64,000 nt of DNA, taken from contig OZ024746.1 of assembly GCA_964016885.1 (NCBI GenBank), positions 58,218,001 to 58,282,000 of the forward strand, read 5' to 3'. This document shows positions 21,801-35,300 of this stretch, in pieces; the stretch's first letter is position 1; every line of letters starts with the position of its first letter. Under the pieces are notes generated by a model, which had not been told where the DNA came from, did not search any database, and saw only the letters and a program-made list of their open reading frames with translations. The position numbers were made by a program, and so were the translations under genes. The stretch comes from Eledone cirrhosa. Lineage: Eukaryota.

Positions 21801-24663
21801 AATTGTGGACAGCCTATGCTAGACCTATCTATTTCCCTACAAAATACTCTATCTAGATATGATCTGGATGACCCTATGCGATTTTCCAAGTCCACATTGG
21901 CAAATTCGGGAAATCCAATCGGTACATGTCAGACAGTTCAAAACGCCTGAGCAGACTGGTGAGGCTCTTGCACCCTCCTCCCTTATCCGCTAATCTCTAC
22001 ACAGTCCCAGCGTGCATCTTACATCCCGTTCCAGTCGCCCACTAACACTAAAGAGCGGGTCGTTCCAAGAAAGGTCTCCAGACGCCGGAAGAAATCAGGC
22101 CGCCCTGCTCCTCTCGGGGCATAGACGGCCACTAACCTGAAAGATTGCCCGTCTCCGCTGGTCACGTCCAGCACCACCAACTTACCTTCTGGGTCCAGGA
22201 AGATGGCCCGTATGGCAAGATCCAAACCTCTCCGAAAAAGCACAGCAACTCCTCCCCCCCCCGATCCCGGACGGCTGGGAGATGCGTACACATCGTAGCC
22301 GCCGAAGATCGGTGCGAAAGCCTGTGCTTCGGAGATTCTGGTCTCGCTGATGGCCACTACATCTATGTTTAGTGACCTGAGGTCGTTGAGCAGGTGGCCC
22401 TGCTTCCATGGCGACCCCAAGCCACGCGCATTTATGCTGCCTATTCTGAGTGAGGTCATGTTGAAAAGGAGTGGAAACGATGGGAAAGACCACTTACCTT
22501 ACTTCTCGTAGGGGAAGGACGGCTATTCCATCCTTTTCACTGCTTGTGGCCTCCTCAGGAAGGATATCCTTATAAATCCTCCTGGAGAGTGCTTGTCGGA
22601 AGTCTCTGATGTCTTTGGGGAATTTTTATTTTAGTGTAATGTACGTTTTCTGTGTGATGCGAGTGATTTGTATGTGTGGAGGTGGTGTGAATTTTGGGGT
22701 TGTTGTGTAGTCTTTTTCTGTGATGCTGGTGTTGTGTTGGATGTAGTGTAATAAATGCTTGTTGTCAAATTTAATGCTGTGTAGTGTGTATCGTTTTGGT
22801 TGTTTTGTTTTGTTTGCGTTTGTTGTAGGTTTGTTTCTGTTTCGCATTTTGGTGACATTTGTGTTGTAGGTGATGGTGGTGTTGGAGTTAATGATGGTGA
22901 TGGTGTTGGTGATGCTGGTGTGGATGGTGGCATATCTGTCCTAACTTTTTTGTTTCTTAGTTTATTTGTTTCCCTCTGTATTTTGTTTTTGGAGGGGGAA
23001 GGAAGAGAATTTTTTCTTTTTTGGCTTCTTTTTTTTTTTCCGGATATCGTTTCCCACTCCTCGACGTCACAATCTGTCTCCAGTTGTGATAGGCTGGGGA
23101 GTGGAAAATCCTCCACAGAGCGTTAGTTTTGGTTGTGGTGTGGTGGATGGTGTAGGCGCTGGTGCTAGTTGTGAAGCGTTGGGTGGTGGTGGTGTTCGTT
23201 TTGCTACTGTTGCTGGGGTTGTTGCTGTTATAGTTGCTTTTGTTGTTGCTGCTACAGTTGTTGCTGCCATCTCTGCTACTGGTGGTGTTGATGGTTGTGT
23301 CACTGGGGTGGGTAGGAGAGGTGGCCTCAACCTTTTAGCCTGAGGGCAGAAAGCCGTTAGGTGGGTTCCTTCACCACAAACGACACACCTAGGTCTTCTA
23401 CCCTCGACAATTACCGTGAGGTGGCTGCCGTCAGTGAGGTCTATTACCTCTGGGATCTCCTCAATGCTTTTTTGGTCCGCTTGGATCAGGAGCTCCATCC
23501 CAGATCCGGACCAGTTTTCCTGCTTTTCTTTTGCTATTGCTATTATTTTCGTGTTGGCTTCGATGCCGGCGAGGACAGCCGTTATTAGCCAGGGAATTTC
23601 GATGGGCGGTGGAACGTGGGTCACCCTGATCTTTACGAGTCTCTGGCCACAATAGCTTGGGACGAGTGTGAAGTCGTCACTTTTTAATGGGGCCATGGAG
23701 TGTTCTCTAGCCTCCTCTGGTGTTTCAAAGAACACACACACGGTTCCATACTTTTGCCCACGTCTGATGTGGGTGTTTCTTGCCCACACATGTCCCAAAG
23801 CTTTTTGGATTTGGGACTCGGATGCCCGTTCCACTCGGCGCGATTTTACATTTATTGTTCTATACGACACGGTGCATAGGCGCCGATGCTCCATTTAATT
23901 AGGTGGTGGGGGGGGGGGGGGTGAGGATGACCCTGTACCCATCTTTCTTTACCATTTGTTTGGCATTTTCTAAATCTTCCTGAGTTACCGTGAAAGCTTC
24001 GAAATGTTTTGCTACTCTGGCGAAACTGAGGGGGGTTTTTATAATGTTATTGTTGTTGTTGTTGTTGTTGCTATCGTTATTTGTGTTAATATTAATTTTA
24101 GTTTCAGTTGTGATGGTGGTGACGTCAGTCGTCTTTGGTGCGGAAGAGTCCATTTTGCTTGATTTCATTTCGACATCACGAGTTAATTAATTTTTTTCTT
24201 CTTTTGTTTCTGTTGTCGCGGTGGTGGTGGGGGTGGTGGTTGTCGCGGTGGTGGTGGTGGTGGAGGCTTTAACACCTGCAGTCATTGGTAATGGCGGGAA
24301 ATGAATGTCTGCCTGAGACAAATTTAAAATATTGCTACTGCTTATATTTTTTTTTGTGTTGGCAAACGTAGTAACATTTACAATGGTGGTGTCGGTGTGA
24401 GGTGTTATTTTCTGAGGAAGGCTTTCAGCTGCTTCGTGCAGAGGAAAATTAGCCATTTTTTTCAAATAAATTTTTGGATAATAATAAAAGTTAAAATTTT
24501 GGGCACAAGGCCCCAATCTTTTTGGGTGTCCTTTTCGGAAAACAATGTATGTGTGCTTATAAACAGTTAACAATAAAATTTTCCATAAATGGCAATTGTT
24601 AACAAACGGAAATAACAATCCTTTGCGGAGCTCACGATGATACGATTTACTACGTAGGTCGCC
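18859..24663 (-). mobile_element. Full-length degenerate Tx1 copy T2 (ORF1 type B)
   Basis: ORF1 ~22494-24456 and ORF2 19109-22459 broken by stops, frameshifts and small deletions; (AAT)8 at 18835-18858 and (AAT)18 at 24664-24717. Confidence 0.93.
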
Positions 24664-24718
<55 letters not shown>

Positions 24719-24959
24719 TTTTCTTTATTAACCACAAGGGTTCACATAAAGTAGACATTAAGGACAGTACAGGACAATACAGGACGGTACAAATGGGCAT
24801 TTCTGCGTGTAAAAAAACAGAGGTTGAAATAAAATAACAAAGAAAAATCCCCAATAGGGGGGATACTTCCAAGGGACATTTGTGGAGAAAGCCCATTAAA
24901 AGACCACAGTGGCCCTGACCACCAGGGCAAGTGCCCTCTCCCAGTTTTCCACCTTTAAT

Positions 24960-27900
24960 TTACAGACACATACTCAGAGAAGGCCCATTCATTCGGGCCA
25001 TACTTGCTTCTCTCACCCATCTTTCAACAAAATGCTGGGAAGAGAGCACTTCCCTCTCTACCCTAATTTTCCTTTTGAAATGAAATTTGAAAAAGTTAAT
25101 CAGGGCATCACCGAAGAGGTAAGCGCTCGTCTTCAGCCCTTTCAAACGTGTCCACCATACTATCTCTTTCGCCATGGCCACCAGACAGATAAAAACTGCC
25201 TGCCCTTCCAGGCTAAAGGAAGGGGGCGGGGCAATCCTCACGATGGACTCAGCTGATAGCTGGATCCGTCATACACGTGACAGCAGGTGTTCGACATAAA
25301 CCCACAAGTCAGCAATGCTCGGACACTGGACGAGTGCGTGCAGGACGGTTTCGTCGCCCTGCGCGCATCTCGGACATGCCCTGCTGACGGCACCTCCATG
25401 CCTGTAGAGTTTATCCCGAACTGGCAAAACTCCTCGGTAGCATTGCCAGGCCAGGGATTTCGGGAAGTTGTCCATAGGCCCCGGCCCGAAAGTCCTTCCG
25501 AAGAGATTGGCTAGTTGATTTTCGTCGACGCCTAGAGTTTCTCCAAGTACGTCGTCGCTCTTCCCCTCCACTAATCCCCTATAGAACGCCAAGGTGGGGT
25601 TTCCACCGATCACATTGCCCGATTGGTCGAGGGCTGTGAGCGCCTGAAGACATTCCAGTCTCCAAGCGCTCCCTCTCGGTCTTCGCTTGACCCAGGACTG
25701 CAGCTCCGTCAAGGAGACGAGCTGGGGAAAAAAGTGTCTTGCAAACGGCGACCACACCTGATCACCCTCGAGGAAGAGGTGGAGATGTCGTAGCCTGAGC
25801 GCGTGTCTGCGCATCATCAGCCACGGCATGCCCAGCCCTCCACGTAGCGGGTGTTGACAGCAGATGGACCGCCTGACCATCGGAGCGCGTCCCTTCCACA
25901 AGAAGCGAAAGAGCAAACGCTCCAGCGCAGTCAGGTGGGGCTTAGGACAAGGTACGACGGTCAGGCTGTAGTAGATGACGGATGCGATGTACGCATTCGC
26001 CACCTCCGCTCGACCTTTCAGGGATAGCTTCCTCTCGGCCCATTTCTGGGTGAGAGAAGCCACCCTGCTCGTCACCTCGTCCCAGTTTTTGTCCGTCTGG
26101 AGGTCTGGACCGAACCAGATCCCTAGCAATTTAACCGGTCCGTCCGTCCAGCCTCCAACGACGCTGTTGGACGGCATGGACCTGCCTCACCAGGTGCCGA
26201 GCTGCAGGCTCACTGACTTTTCCTGGTTGATCATTGCTCCTGTCACCGCTTCGTATTCTCTTAGTGTAGTGCCGATCGCCTCGATGTGTTTGGCGTTCGA
26301 CACCACTACGGTGACATCGTCGGCATATGCTGACACGGATCTTCCGCATCCTAGTTCGCGCGGGACCCCCCTCAACGTCTCCAGTTTGTGCAGTAATGGC
26401 TCGAGAGTCAATACGTACAATAGGGACGAGAGGGGACATCCTTGGCGGACCGAGCGCATGATGTTGAACGGTTCCGAAAGGTGACCGTTCACTCTCACTA
26501 CAGAGCAGATGTCGCTGTGCATGGCAGCGATCCAGCCTCTGAAGACAGGCCCAAAGACAGCCGCCCTCAGGACTGCCGTTAGGTAACGATGGTCGACCCT
26601 ATCGAATTCTTTCGACTGATCTAAATTGATCAAAGACCCACCCGTGCCAGGTTCCCTAGCTACCCTCTCTACGATGTATCGCATGAGGTGGAGGTTGTCG
26701 TGGATGGATCTGTCGGGAATGGCGCATGTCTGTGCCTCTCCCACCAGACCAGCAACGACAAGCGCCAACCTCTTTGCTAGCACCTTGGCCAAAATCTTGA
26801 ACTCTGTGTTTAGCAGAGTTATGGGCCTAAAATTATCTATGTTATCCCCCTTGTTCGGATCCTTTCTCAGCAGCGCCACCGCTCCTCGGCTCACAGAGCT
26901 GGGAATTCTCCCGTTCTGTTGCCAGTTGCAGTAGACGTCCGCCAAGAGGCCTCCGAACAAGTTTGGCATTTGTACGTAAAGTTCATAGGGCAGACCATCC
27001 AAACCAGGCGATTTACCCGTTGTGCAACTAGTCATTGCATCCCGTACTTCAGCGGTTGTTATCGGCTTTTCGCAACACTCCGCCTCAGTGGCCGAAAGCC
27101 GCGGCAGTCCGTCGAGGTAGACACTAAAGTCCATCCCCCGATCCGGCCCGCCACTGCCCCCGAACAGTCGAGCGAAGTGTCGCTGAAAAGCTTCACACAT
27201 TTGCCCGGGATCGAGTAGCATGCGCCCGTCGTGGTCCACCAAAGACCGGATCGTGGCTTTGTTGCCACGACGCGGCTCCGCTACTCGGGCCCATTGAACG
27301 GCTTTCGTCCCCTCGTGTCTGAGAGCACGCACCCTAGCTCTGACAACGCAGCCTTCGTGCTTTGCATTGAAGAATTGGTCAAGGGCCAATTTCGCCGCAA
27401 GTACGTCGGTCGCGATGCCTTTGCTAAGCGCCTCATCTAATTTTCTAACTAGTTCTCCCTCTGCTCTATTTTTCTCTATTGCTAAAGTCTTACTAAACCT
27501 AATGGACTCTATTCTAATTGATCTTTTCAGAGCAAACCACCACTTGTTGTTGACGATGGCCCCCGTCAACGCCCGCTTAACTAGGTCGCTAATCCGGTCT
27601 CTGTAGGCCTTGCGCGCTGGTAAGGATGCGTTTAGCTTCCAGTAGCCGGGTCCTCGTCTATGAAGCCTGTCTAAGTCAAGCACACAGATCACGAATTTGT
27701 GGTCCGTGTAGCTGACTATCTTGAATTGTGGACAGCCTATGCTAGACCTATCTATTTCCCTACAAAATACTCTATCTAGATATGATCTGGATGACCCTAT
27801 GCGATTTGTCCAAGTCCACATTGGTACATTCGGGAAATCCATTCGGTACCTGTCAGACAGTTCAAAACGTCTGATCAGGTTGGTGAGACTCTTGCACCTT

Positions 27901-28379
27901 CCTTCTCTATCCACTAATCCCACACAATCCCAGCGTGCATCTAAGATCCCGTTCCAGTCGCCCACTAACACTAAAGAGCGGGACGTTCCAAGAAAGGTCT
28001 CCAGACGCCGGAAGAAATCAGGCCGCCCTGCTCATGGCGGGGCATAGACGGCCACTAACCTGAAAGCTTGCCTGTCTCCGCTGGTCACGTCCAGCACCAC
28101 CAACTTACCTTCTGGGTCCAGGAAGATGGCCCGTATGGCAAGATCCAAACCTCTCCGAAAAAGCACAGCAACTCCTCCCCCCGATCCCGGACGGCTGGGA
28201 GATGCGTACACATCGTAGCCGCCGAAGATCGGTGCGAAAGCCTGTGCTTCGGAGATTCTGGTCTCGCTGATGGCCACTACATCTATGTGTAGTGACCTGA
28301 GGTCGTTGAGCAGGTGGCCCTGCTTCCATGACGACCCCAAGCCACGCGCATTTATGCTGCCTATTCTGAGTGAGGTCAT
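24960..28379 (-). pseudogene. T3 ORF2 (APE-RT): frameshift at ~28035, in-frame stops at 26187 and 25269
   Basis: ORF pieces 28032-28379, 26187-27971, 25269-26177, 24960-25241 are colinear with T1 ORF2. Confidence 0.92.
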
Positions 28380-28413
28380 GTTGAAAAGGAGTGGAAAAGA
28401 TGGGAAAGACCAC

Positions 28414-30374
28414 TTACCTTACTTCTCGTAGGGGAAGAACGGCTTTTCCATCCTTTTCACTGCTTGTGGCCTCCTCAGGAAGGATGTCCTTATAAATCCT
28501 CCTGGAGAGTGCTTGTCGGAAGTCTCCGATGTCTTTGGGGAATTTTTGTTTTAGTGTCATGTACTTTTTCTGTGTGATGCGAGTGATTTGTATGTGTGGA
28601 GGTGGTGTGAATTTTGGGGTTGTTGTGTAGTCTTTTTCTGTGATGCTGGTGTTGTGTTGGATGTAGTGTAATAATTGCTTGTTGTTCAAATTTAATGCTG
28701 TGTAGTGTGCATCGTTTTGGTTGTTTTGTTTTGTTTGCGTTTGTTGTGTGTTTGTTTCTGTTTCGCATTTTGGTGACTTTTGTGGTGTTGTAGTTAATGA
28801 TGGTGATCGTGTTGGTGTTTGGGTTGATGGGGTTGGTGATGCTGGTGTGGATGGTGGCATATCTGTCCTAACTTTTTTGTTTCTTAGTTTATTTGTTTCC
28901 CTCTGTATTTTGTTTTTGGAGGGGGAAGGAAGAGAATTTTTTCTTTTTTGGTTTCTTTTTTTTCTTCCGGATATCGTTTCCCACTCCTCGTCGTCACAAT
29001 CTGTCTCCAGTTGTGATAGGCCGGGGAGTGGAAAATCCTCCACAGCCGTTAGTTTTGGTTGTGGTGGATGGTGTAGGCGCTGGTGCTAGTTGTGAAGCGT
29101 TGGGTGGTGGTGGTGTTGGTTTTGCTACTGTTGCTGGGGTTGTTGCTGTTATAGTTGCTTTTGTTGTTGCTGCTACAGTTGTTGCTGCCATCTCTGCTAC
29201 TGGTGGTGTTGATGGTTGTGTCACTGGGGTGGGTAGGAGAGGTGGCCTCAACCTTTTAGCCTGAGGGCAGAAAGCCGTTAGGTGGGTTCCTTCACCACAA
29301 ACGACACACCTAGGTCTTCTGCCCTCGACAATTACCGTGAGGTGGCTGCCGTCAGTGAGGTCTATTACCTCTGGGATCTCCTCAATGCTTTTTTGGTCCG
29401 CTTGGATCAGGAGCTCCATCCCAGATCCGGACCAGTTTTACTGCTTTTCTTTTGCTATTGCTATTATTTTCGTGTTGGCTTCGATGCCGGCGAGGACAGC
29501 CGCTATTAGCCAGGGAATTCCGATGGCCGGTGGAACGTGTGTCACCCTGATCTTTACGAGTCTCTGGCCACAATAGCTTGGGACGAGTGTGAAGTCGTCA
29601 CTTTTTAATGGGGCCATGGAGTGTTCTCTAGCCTCCTCTGGTGTTTCAAAGAACACATCCACGGTTCCATACTTTTGCCCACGTCTGATGTGGGTTTTTC
29701 TTGCCCACACATGTCCCAAAACTTTTTGGATTTGGGACTCGGATGCCCGTTCCACTCGACGCGATTTTACATTTATTGTTCTATCCGACACGGTGCATAG
29801 TCGCCGATGCTCCATTTTATTAGGTGGGGGGGGGGGTGAGGATGACCCTGTACCCATCTTTCTTTACCATTTGTTTGGCATTTTCTAAATCTTCCTGAGT
29901 TACCGTGAAAGCTTCGAATTGTTTTGCTACTCTGGCAAAACTGAGGGGGGTTTTTATAATGTTATTGTTGTTGTTGTTGTTGTTGTTGCTATCGTTATTT
30001 GTGTTAATATTAATTTTAGTTTCAGTTGTGGTGGTGGTGACGTCAGTCGTCTTTGGTGCGGAAGAGTCCATTTTGCTTGATTTCATTTCGACATCACGAG
30101 TTAATTTATTTTTTTCTTCTTTTGTTTCTGTTGTCGCGGTGGTGGTGGGGGTGGTGGTTGTCGCGGTGGTGGTGGTGGTGGAGGCTTTAACACCTGCAGT
30201 CATTGGTAATGGCGGGAAATGAATGTCTGCCTGAGACAAATTTAAAATATTGCTACTGCTTATATTTTTTTTTGTGTTGGCAAACGTAGTAACATTTACA
30301 ATGGTGGTGTCGGTGTGAGGTGTTATTTTCTGAGGAAGGCTTTCAGCTGCTTCGTGCAGAGGAAAATTAGCCAT
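28414..30374 (-). pseudogene. T3 ORF1 (type B), disrupted
   Basis: Pieces 29820-30374, 29438-29857, 28994-29419 (CVVCGEGTHLTAFC knuckle), 28414-29043. Confidence 0.85.
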
Positions 30375-30581
30375 TTTTTTCAAATAAATTTTTGGATAAT
30401 AATAAAAGTTAAAATTTTGGGCACAAGGCCCCAATCTTTTTGGGTGTCCTTTTCGGAAAACAATGTATGTGTGCTTATAAACAGTTAACAATAAAATTTT
30501 CCATAAATGGCAATTTTTAACAAACGGAAATAACAAACCTTTGCGGAGCTCACGATGATACGATTTACTACGTAGGTCGCC

Positions 30582-30654
<73 letters not shown>

Positions 30655-30807
30655 GATAAGGGAAGAAGACGCACGAGGTGACGGAGGTCATGAAATCGCT
30701 CCCGTAAGTTTTGAATTTTTAACATATTTAAACCATTTGTGAAATAACAACTCTTAGCACAAATGCTACGTAAAGCACCCGGCTTGAGCCCCAAAAAATT
30801 CGGACCC

Positions 30808-32084
30808 AAAATATATTGTTATAAGGCTCAAATATTCAAATATTCAACTTTGTATTGTACACTGTATATCCAAAAAAAATGGCTATAAATGGAAGAAGAA
30901 CCCCTCCTCTCCTCTGGCTACACTATATAGGTCAGCTAAACTCACCAACACCAGAAACTAGATACACCACCCACCCCATCATATGTGTACACTAAACACA
31001 ACAGCCAGATAACGACACATTTTCACCTTCACCGCCACCGCTCACTACGGCCATCATTACCACCACTATCCCATCACCGCCGCCACCACCCCTTGACTCC
31101 GCTACAGCACCATCACTACAGTAATACGGTCACATCACGGCCACCACTGCCTCGGTATCGACATCACCACCACCACTGTCTCAGTATCGCTAACGCCGCC
31201 AGTCTCCCACTTCCCTGCTGGCTGCTACTCCCACATTATAGAATTCCTACTACTAACAAAGAGGAAGGCATCAAAATATATAGATAGACCCAAAAGAAAA
31301 AAGAAAAAACAAACAACAAAACCAAAGCAGCACAGCAACAACAGCAAAAAACGAGAAAAACAAACAGAGAAAAACAAAAACAAAAAAAAGAAACCCAAAA
31401 AACGTAAAGAAAATATATTGTTATAAGGCTCAAAACGTAAAGGAAATATATTGTTATAAGGCTCAAAACGTAAAGAAAATATATTGTTATAAGGCTCAAA
31501 TATTCAAATATTCAACTTTGTATTGTACACTGTATATCCAAAAATAAAAAAATGGCTATAAATGGAAGAAGAACCCCTCCCCTCCTCTCCTCTGGCTACA
31601 CTATATAGGACAGCTAAACTCACCAACACCAGAAACTAGATACACCACCCACCCCATCATCTGTGTACACTAAACACAACAGCCAGATAACGACACATTT
31701 TCACCTTCACCGCCACCGCTCACTACGGCCATCATTACCACCACTATCCCAGCACCGCCGCCACCACCCCTTGACTCCGCTACAGCACCATCACTACAGT
31801 AATACGGTCACATCACCGCCACCACTGCCTCGGTATCGACATCACCACCACCACTGTCTCAGTATCGCTAACGCCGCCAGTCTCCCACTTCCCTGCTGGC
31901 TGCTACTTCCACATTATAGAATTCCTACTACTAACAAAGAGGAAGGCATCAAAATATATAGATAGACCCAAAAGAAAAAAGAAAAAACAAACAACAAAAC
32001 CAAAGCAGCACAGCAACAACAGCAAAAAACGAGAAAAACAAACAGAAAAACAAAAACAAAAAAAGAAACCCCAAAAACGTAAAG
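30808..32084. repeat. Tandem duplication of ~600 bp with two extra ~33-bp junction copies between units
   Basis: 30808-31409 matches 31476-32084 (ORFs 30985 and 31663 nearly identical); AAATATATTGTTATAAGGCTCAAAACGTAAAG repeated at 31410-31475. Confidence 0.92.
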
Positions 32085-32392
32085 AAAATAAGAATGAAGA
32101 GAGAAGCAGGCGGACGGACAGAGAAGAGGGGGGAAAAAGTAAAACTTAAAAAACTAAAACTAAGTCAGACATTCGAACACTACATTACAATGAAACTTAT
32201 GCTTATTCATTTCTGGGGCCCTTTCTGCCTGTGTGTTTGTTTGTTTATGTGTGTTCGTATACAGCGTGGTGATAATGCCACACAAGGGCCAAGTGGGATG
32301 GCGGATCCACAGATGGCTATGTAAACATACATTCGCCAATCCTCGATAAGAGTGTTTAAATATCGAACATAAACAGTTCGAATAACGGTGAA

Positions 32393-35300
32393 ATGGAGAC
32401 TAGAACGTCATGTGACAGACTCTCACCCAACAGGTGCCCCCTGACTCAGCAGCAGGAACCTGACTGTCAACCAAATACTGCTGATGTTGGAGGAAGGAGA
32501 AGAAGGAAAGGGGCCAGAACCAACTGGACGAAAGAATTGAATAGAACTGTTATGCAATGCTACCTGAAAAGTAACCCCAAGGAGAGGGGCTACAGGAGAC
32601 GGATGCATAACATCTGGAACGAGATTGGTTTATTTAAATTAGATGAACAAAAATTGGCCGGGCAGGCTCGGGTAATAAGAACTAATGGGTGGATAAGCGA
32701 GCTGGAACTGGAGGAACTGAGCAGAGAGAATGGCTTGGAGATGGCGGGTGTAGTATGCCAGACAAGCGAGCCGGTGGGAAATGAAGGTGAGGAGGTCCTG
32801 AGAACGGAGGAACCACACGAAGCAGACAATGATCTGAGTACTGAGATAAATAATACCTGGAACAGAGATACGGCCACTGAGGAGATGAATGCTGACGGGC
32901 TAGGACAAGATTCGGTTGACATCCTAAATTTAGTGGTAGATGAATTGAACAATGATAGTGGGAGATCTATGAACCTAAGATTTGTAGACAGGAAAAAGTT
33001 AAAAGAAACAACAGCTAAGGTAAACAAAGTCATCCCATACCTTGAGGCGAGGAGCCTTCACCAGTGCAACAATATCGTCAGAGCAACAGCAAATACGGTG
33101 AGGAAACTACTTGGTATAAAAGCGAGAGGAAACAACAGACAAGAAAGAGCAGAGCCGTGGTGGAAGAAGCGACTGAGTGGGCAAATCGGGGAAATGAGAA
33201 ATGACATAGGAAAGCTTGAGTCACTACTGAATGGGACACTAAAAAACATAGGCACTAAAAATAGACTGGAAATAAAATACAAAACTAGGAGTAAAAAGCT
33301 AAATATTATCATAGAGGAATTGAAGCAACGCATTGTAGCAAAGAGTGCAAAAATCAGGCGATACGAGAACAGAGTCAGTCAGTATAAACAGAACCGCATG
33401 TTCGACAACAACCAGAAGATGCTGTTTGGACAGCTTGAGGGCAAAGAAAGAGGCAACGACTTGATCCCTGGGGCGGAGCAAACTAAAACATTCTGGAGAG
33501 GAATATGGGAGCAGGATGTTAGACACAATGCCCAGGCAGGGTGGATTGAGACAGTACAGAGGGAGATCGGTGAGCAGGCACAGCAACAGACTGATTTGAG
33601 TATCACAGTTGAAACTCTTAAGGGACAAGCCAAAAAACTAACCAACTGGAAATCGCCAGGCCCAGATGGTGTGCAGGGGTATTGGATTAAACATCTAACA
33701 TCCCTCCACCCGAAGATGACGGCCATGTTCAATGACTGCTTGGTGTCGGGTGAGGTGCCAGAGTGGTTGACAAAAGGTACCACAGTTCTGATAATGAAAG
33801 ACCGAATCAAGGGTAATGATGCTACCAACTATAGACCTATCACATGTCTGCCCGTAATGTGGAAACTGTTGACGAGCATTGTGTCTGAGGAAATCTACCA
33901 TCACCTCCACACAAACAACTTGTTACCGGACGAACAGAAAGGATGCCGAAAGAAGTCACGTGGTACAAAGGACCAGTTGCTTATTGATAAGATGGTAATG
34001 GGGAATTGCAGGAGGAGACACACTGATCTTGCCATGGGATGGATAGACTACAGAAAGGCATTTGACATGGTGCCTCATTCCTGGATCACCAAAAGCCTGG
34101 AGATCTTCAGGGTGGCGGATAACATCAGACAGTTGCTAGGCAGGAGTATGGGGTCCTGGGAGACAGAGTTGACATCAACTGGAGTATCCTTGGGAAGCGT
34201 GAAGATCAAGAGAGGTATCTTCCAGGGAGATAGCCTGTCCCCTCTGTTGTTTGTCCTTGCCCTGATGCCCTTGACCATTATGCTGCGAAAAGTGAGAGCA
34301 GGATACAAGTTGGGAAGGGGAGAGCTTACCATCAATCACCTCCTCTTCATGGACGATCTTAAGCTCTTCGGGAAAAGTGAGAAGGAGTTGGATGTGCTTG
34401 TTGACACTGTCCGTATTTTCAGCAGTGATATATGTATGCAGTTTGGTATTGGTAAATTTGGAGTCATTGTGATGAAGGTTGAGCAGAAGTAACGGGATCC
34501 AGATACCAACAAGTGAGATGATAAAGGAAATTGACTCTGAGGAAGGATACAAGTATTTGGGCGTTCTGGAGGCTGATGGCATAAAGAACAAAAAAATGAA
34601 GGAATTGTTAAGAACTGAATACATTCGGAGAGTAAGGAGCGTATTGAAGTCACATCTGAACAGCAGAAATGCCATAAGCGCAGTAAATTCCCGAGCTGTG
34701 TCTATTATTAGGTACAGTGCGGGAATTCTGAGATGGAATGTTGCTGAACAGAAAGAAATGGATAGGAAGACTAGGAAGCTATTGACTATCTACAACATGT
34801 TCCACAAGAGGAGTGATGTCGATAGACTCTACCTAAGGAGATCTGAGGGTGGAAGAGGTCTTATCAGCATAGAGGACTGTGTTCAGATGGAGAAAAACAA
34901 CCTATACAAATACGTGACCTATAGTAAGGAGCCAATGCTCAGAGCTGTACTGAAGGAGGGGACAGTAGGCCAGGGGATGTCCAGGGAGGAAATAACATCA
35001 AGGAGGAAGAGCAGCCTTAAGGGAAAACCCCTTCATAGTACCTTCTTTGAGAAAACTGAATTTAGAGATCCACAGACATGGAACTGGTTGAGAAGAGGAG
35101 ACCTCAAAAAGGCTACAGAAGGAATGCTAATGGCTGCGCAGGAGCAGGCCCTCAAAACGAAGTGGTTGAAGCACCATATCTACAAGGAGGAGGCCAGCCC
35201 ACTGTGCAGGATCTGTGGAGAGAGAGAGGAGACTGTGGCTCACATTGTGTCCGAGTGTAAACACCTAGCCCAGACCCACTATAAGGGCTGGAGACACGAT

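Larger units (their letters stand above)
24718..30581 (-). mobile_element. Full-length lightly mutated Tx1 copy T3 (ORF1 type B)
   Basis: 5' UTR/ORF1 nearly identical to T2; flanked by (AAT)n at 24664-24717 and 30582-30653. Confidence 0.94.

Noticed and set aside
29820-29860. Possible programmed frameshift at the C-run in type B ORF1 (also ~23900)
   Set aside because: T0 reads through this point in frame (DGYRFSPPHTPNKMEHRR) and run length differs between copies; homopolymer slippage or sequencing error is more likely
31410-31500. CRISPR-like short direct repeats
   Set aside because: Eukaryotic context, no unique spacers; they are duplication-junction copies
32205-32390. HDV-like ribozyme upstream of the D1 ORF
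   Set aside because: Stems exist (GGCCCT/AGGGCC, GGCGGAT/ATTCGCC, TCGAAC/GTTCGA) and a TCCTCG motif, but I could not build the nested pseudoknot by eye; needs a descriptor search
34479-34492. Two-ORF organisation of the Dong-like element
   Set aside because: The break falls within the RT/thumb region where a few residues seem missing; a small deletion in a single ORF explains it
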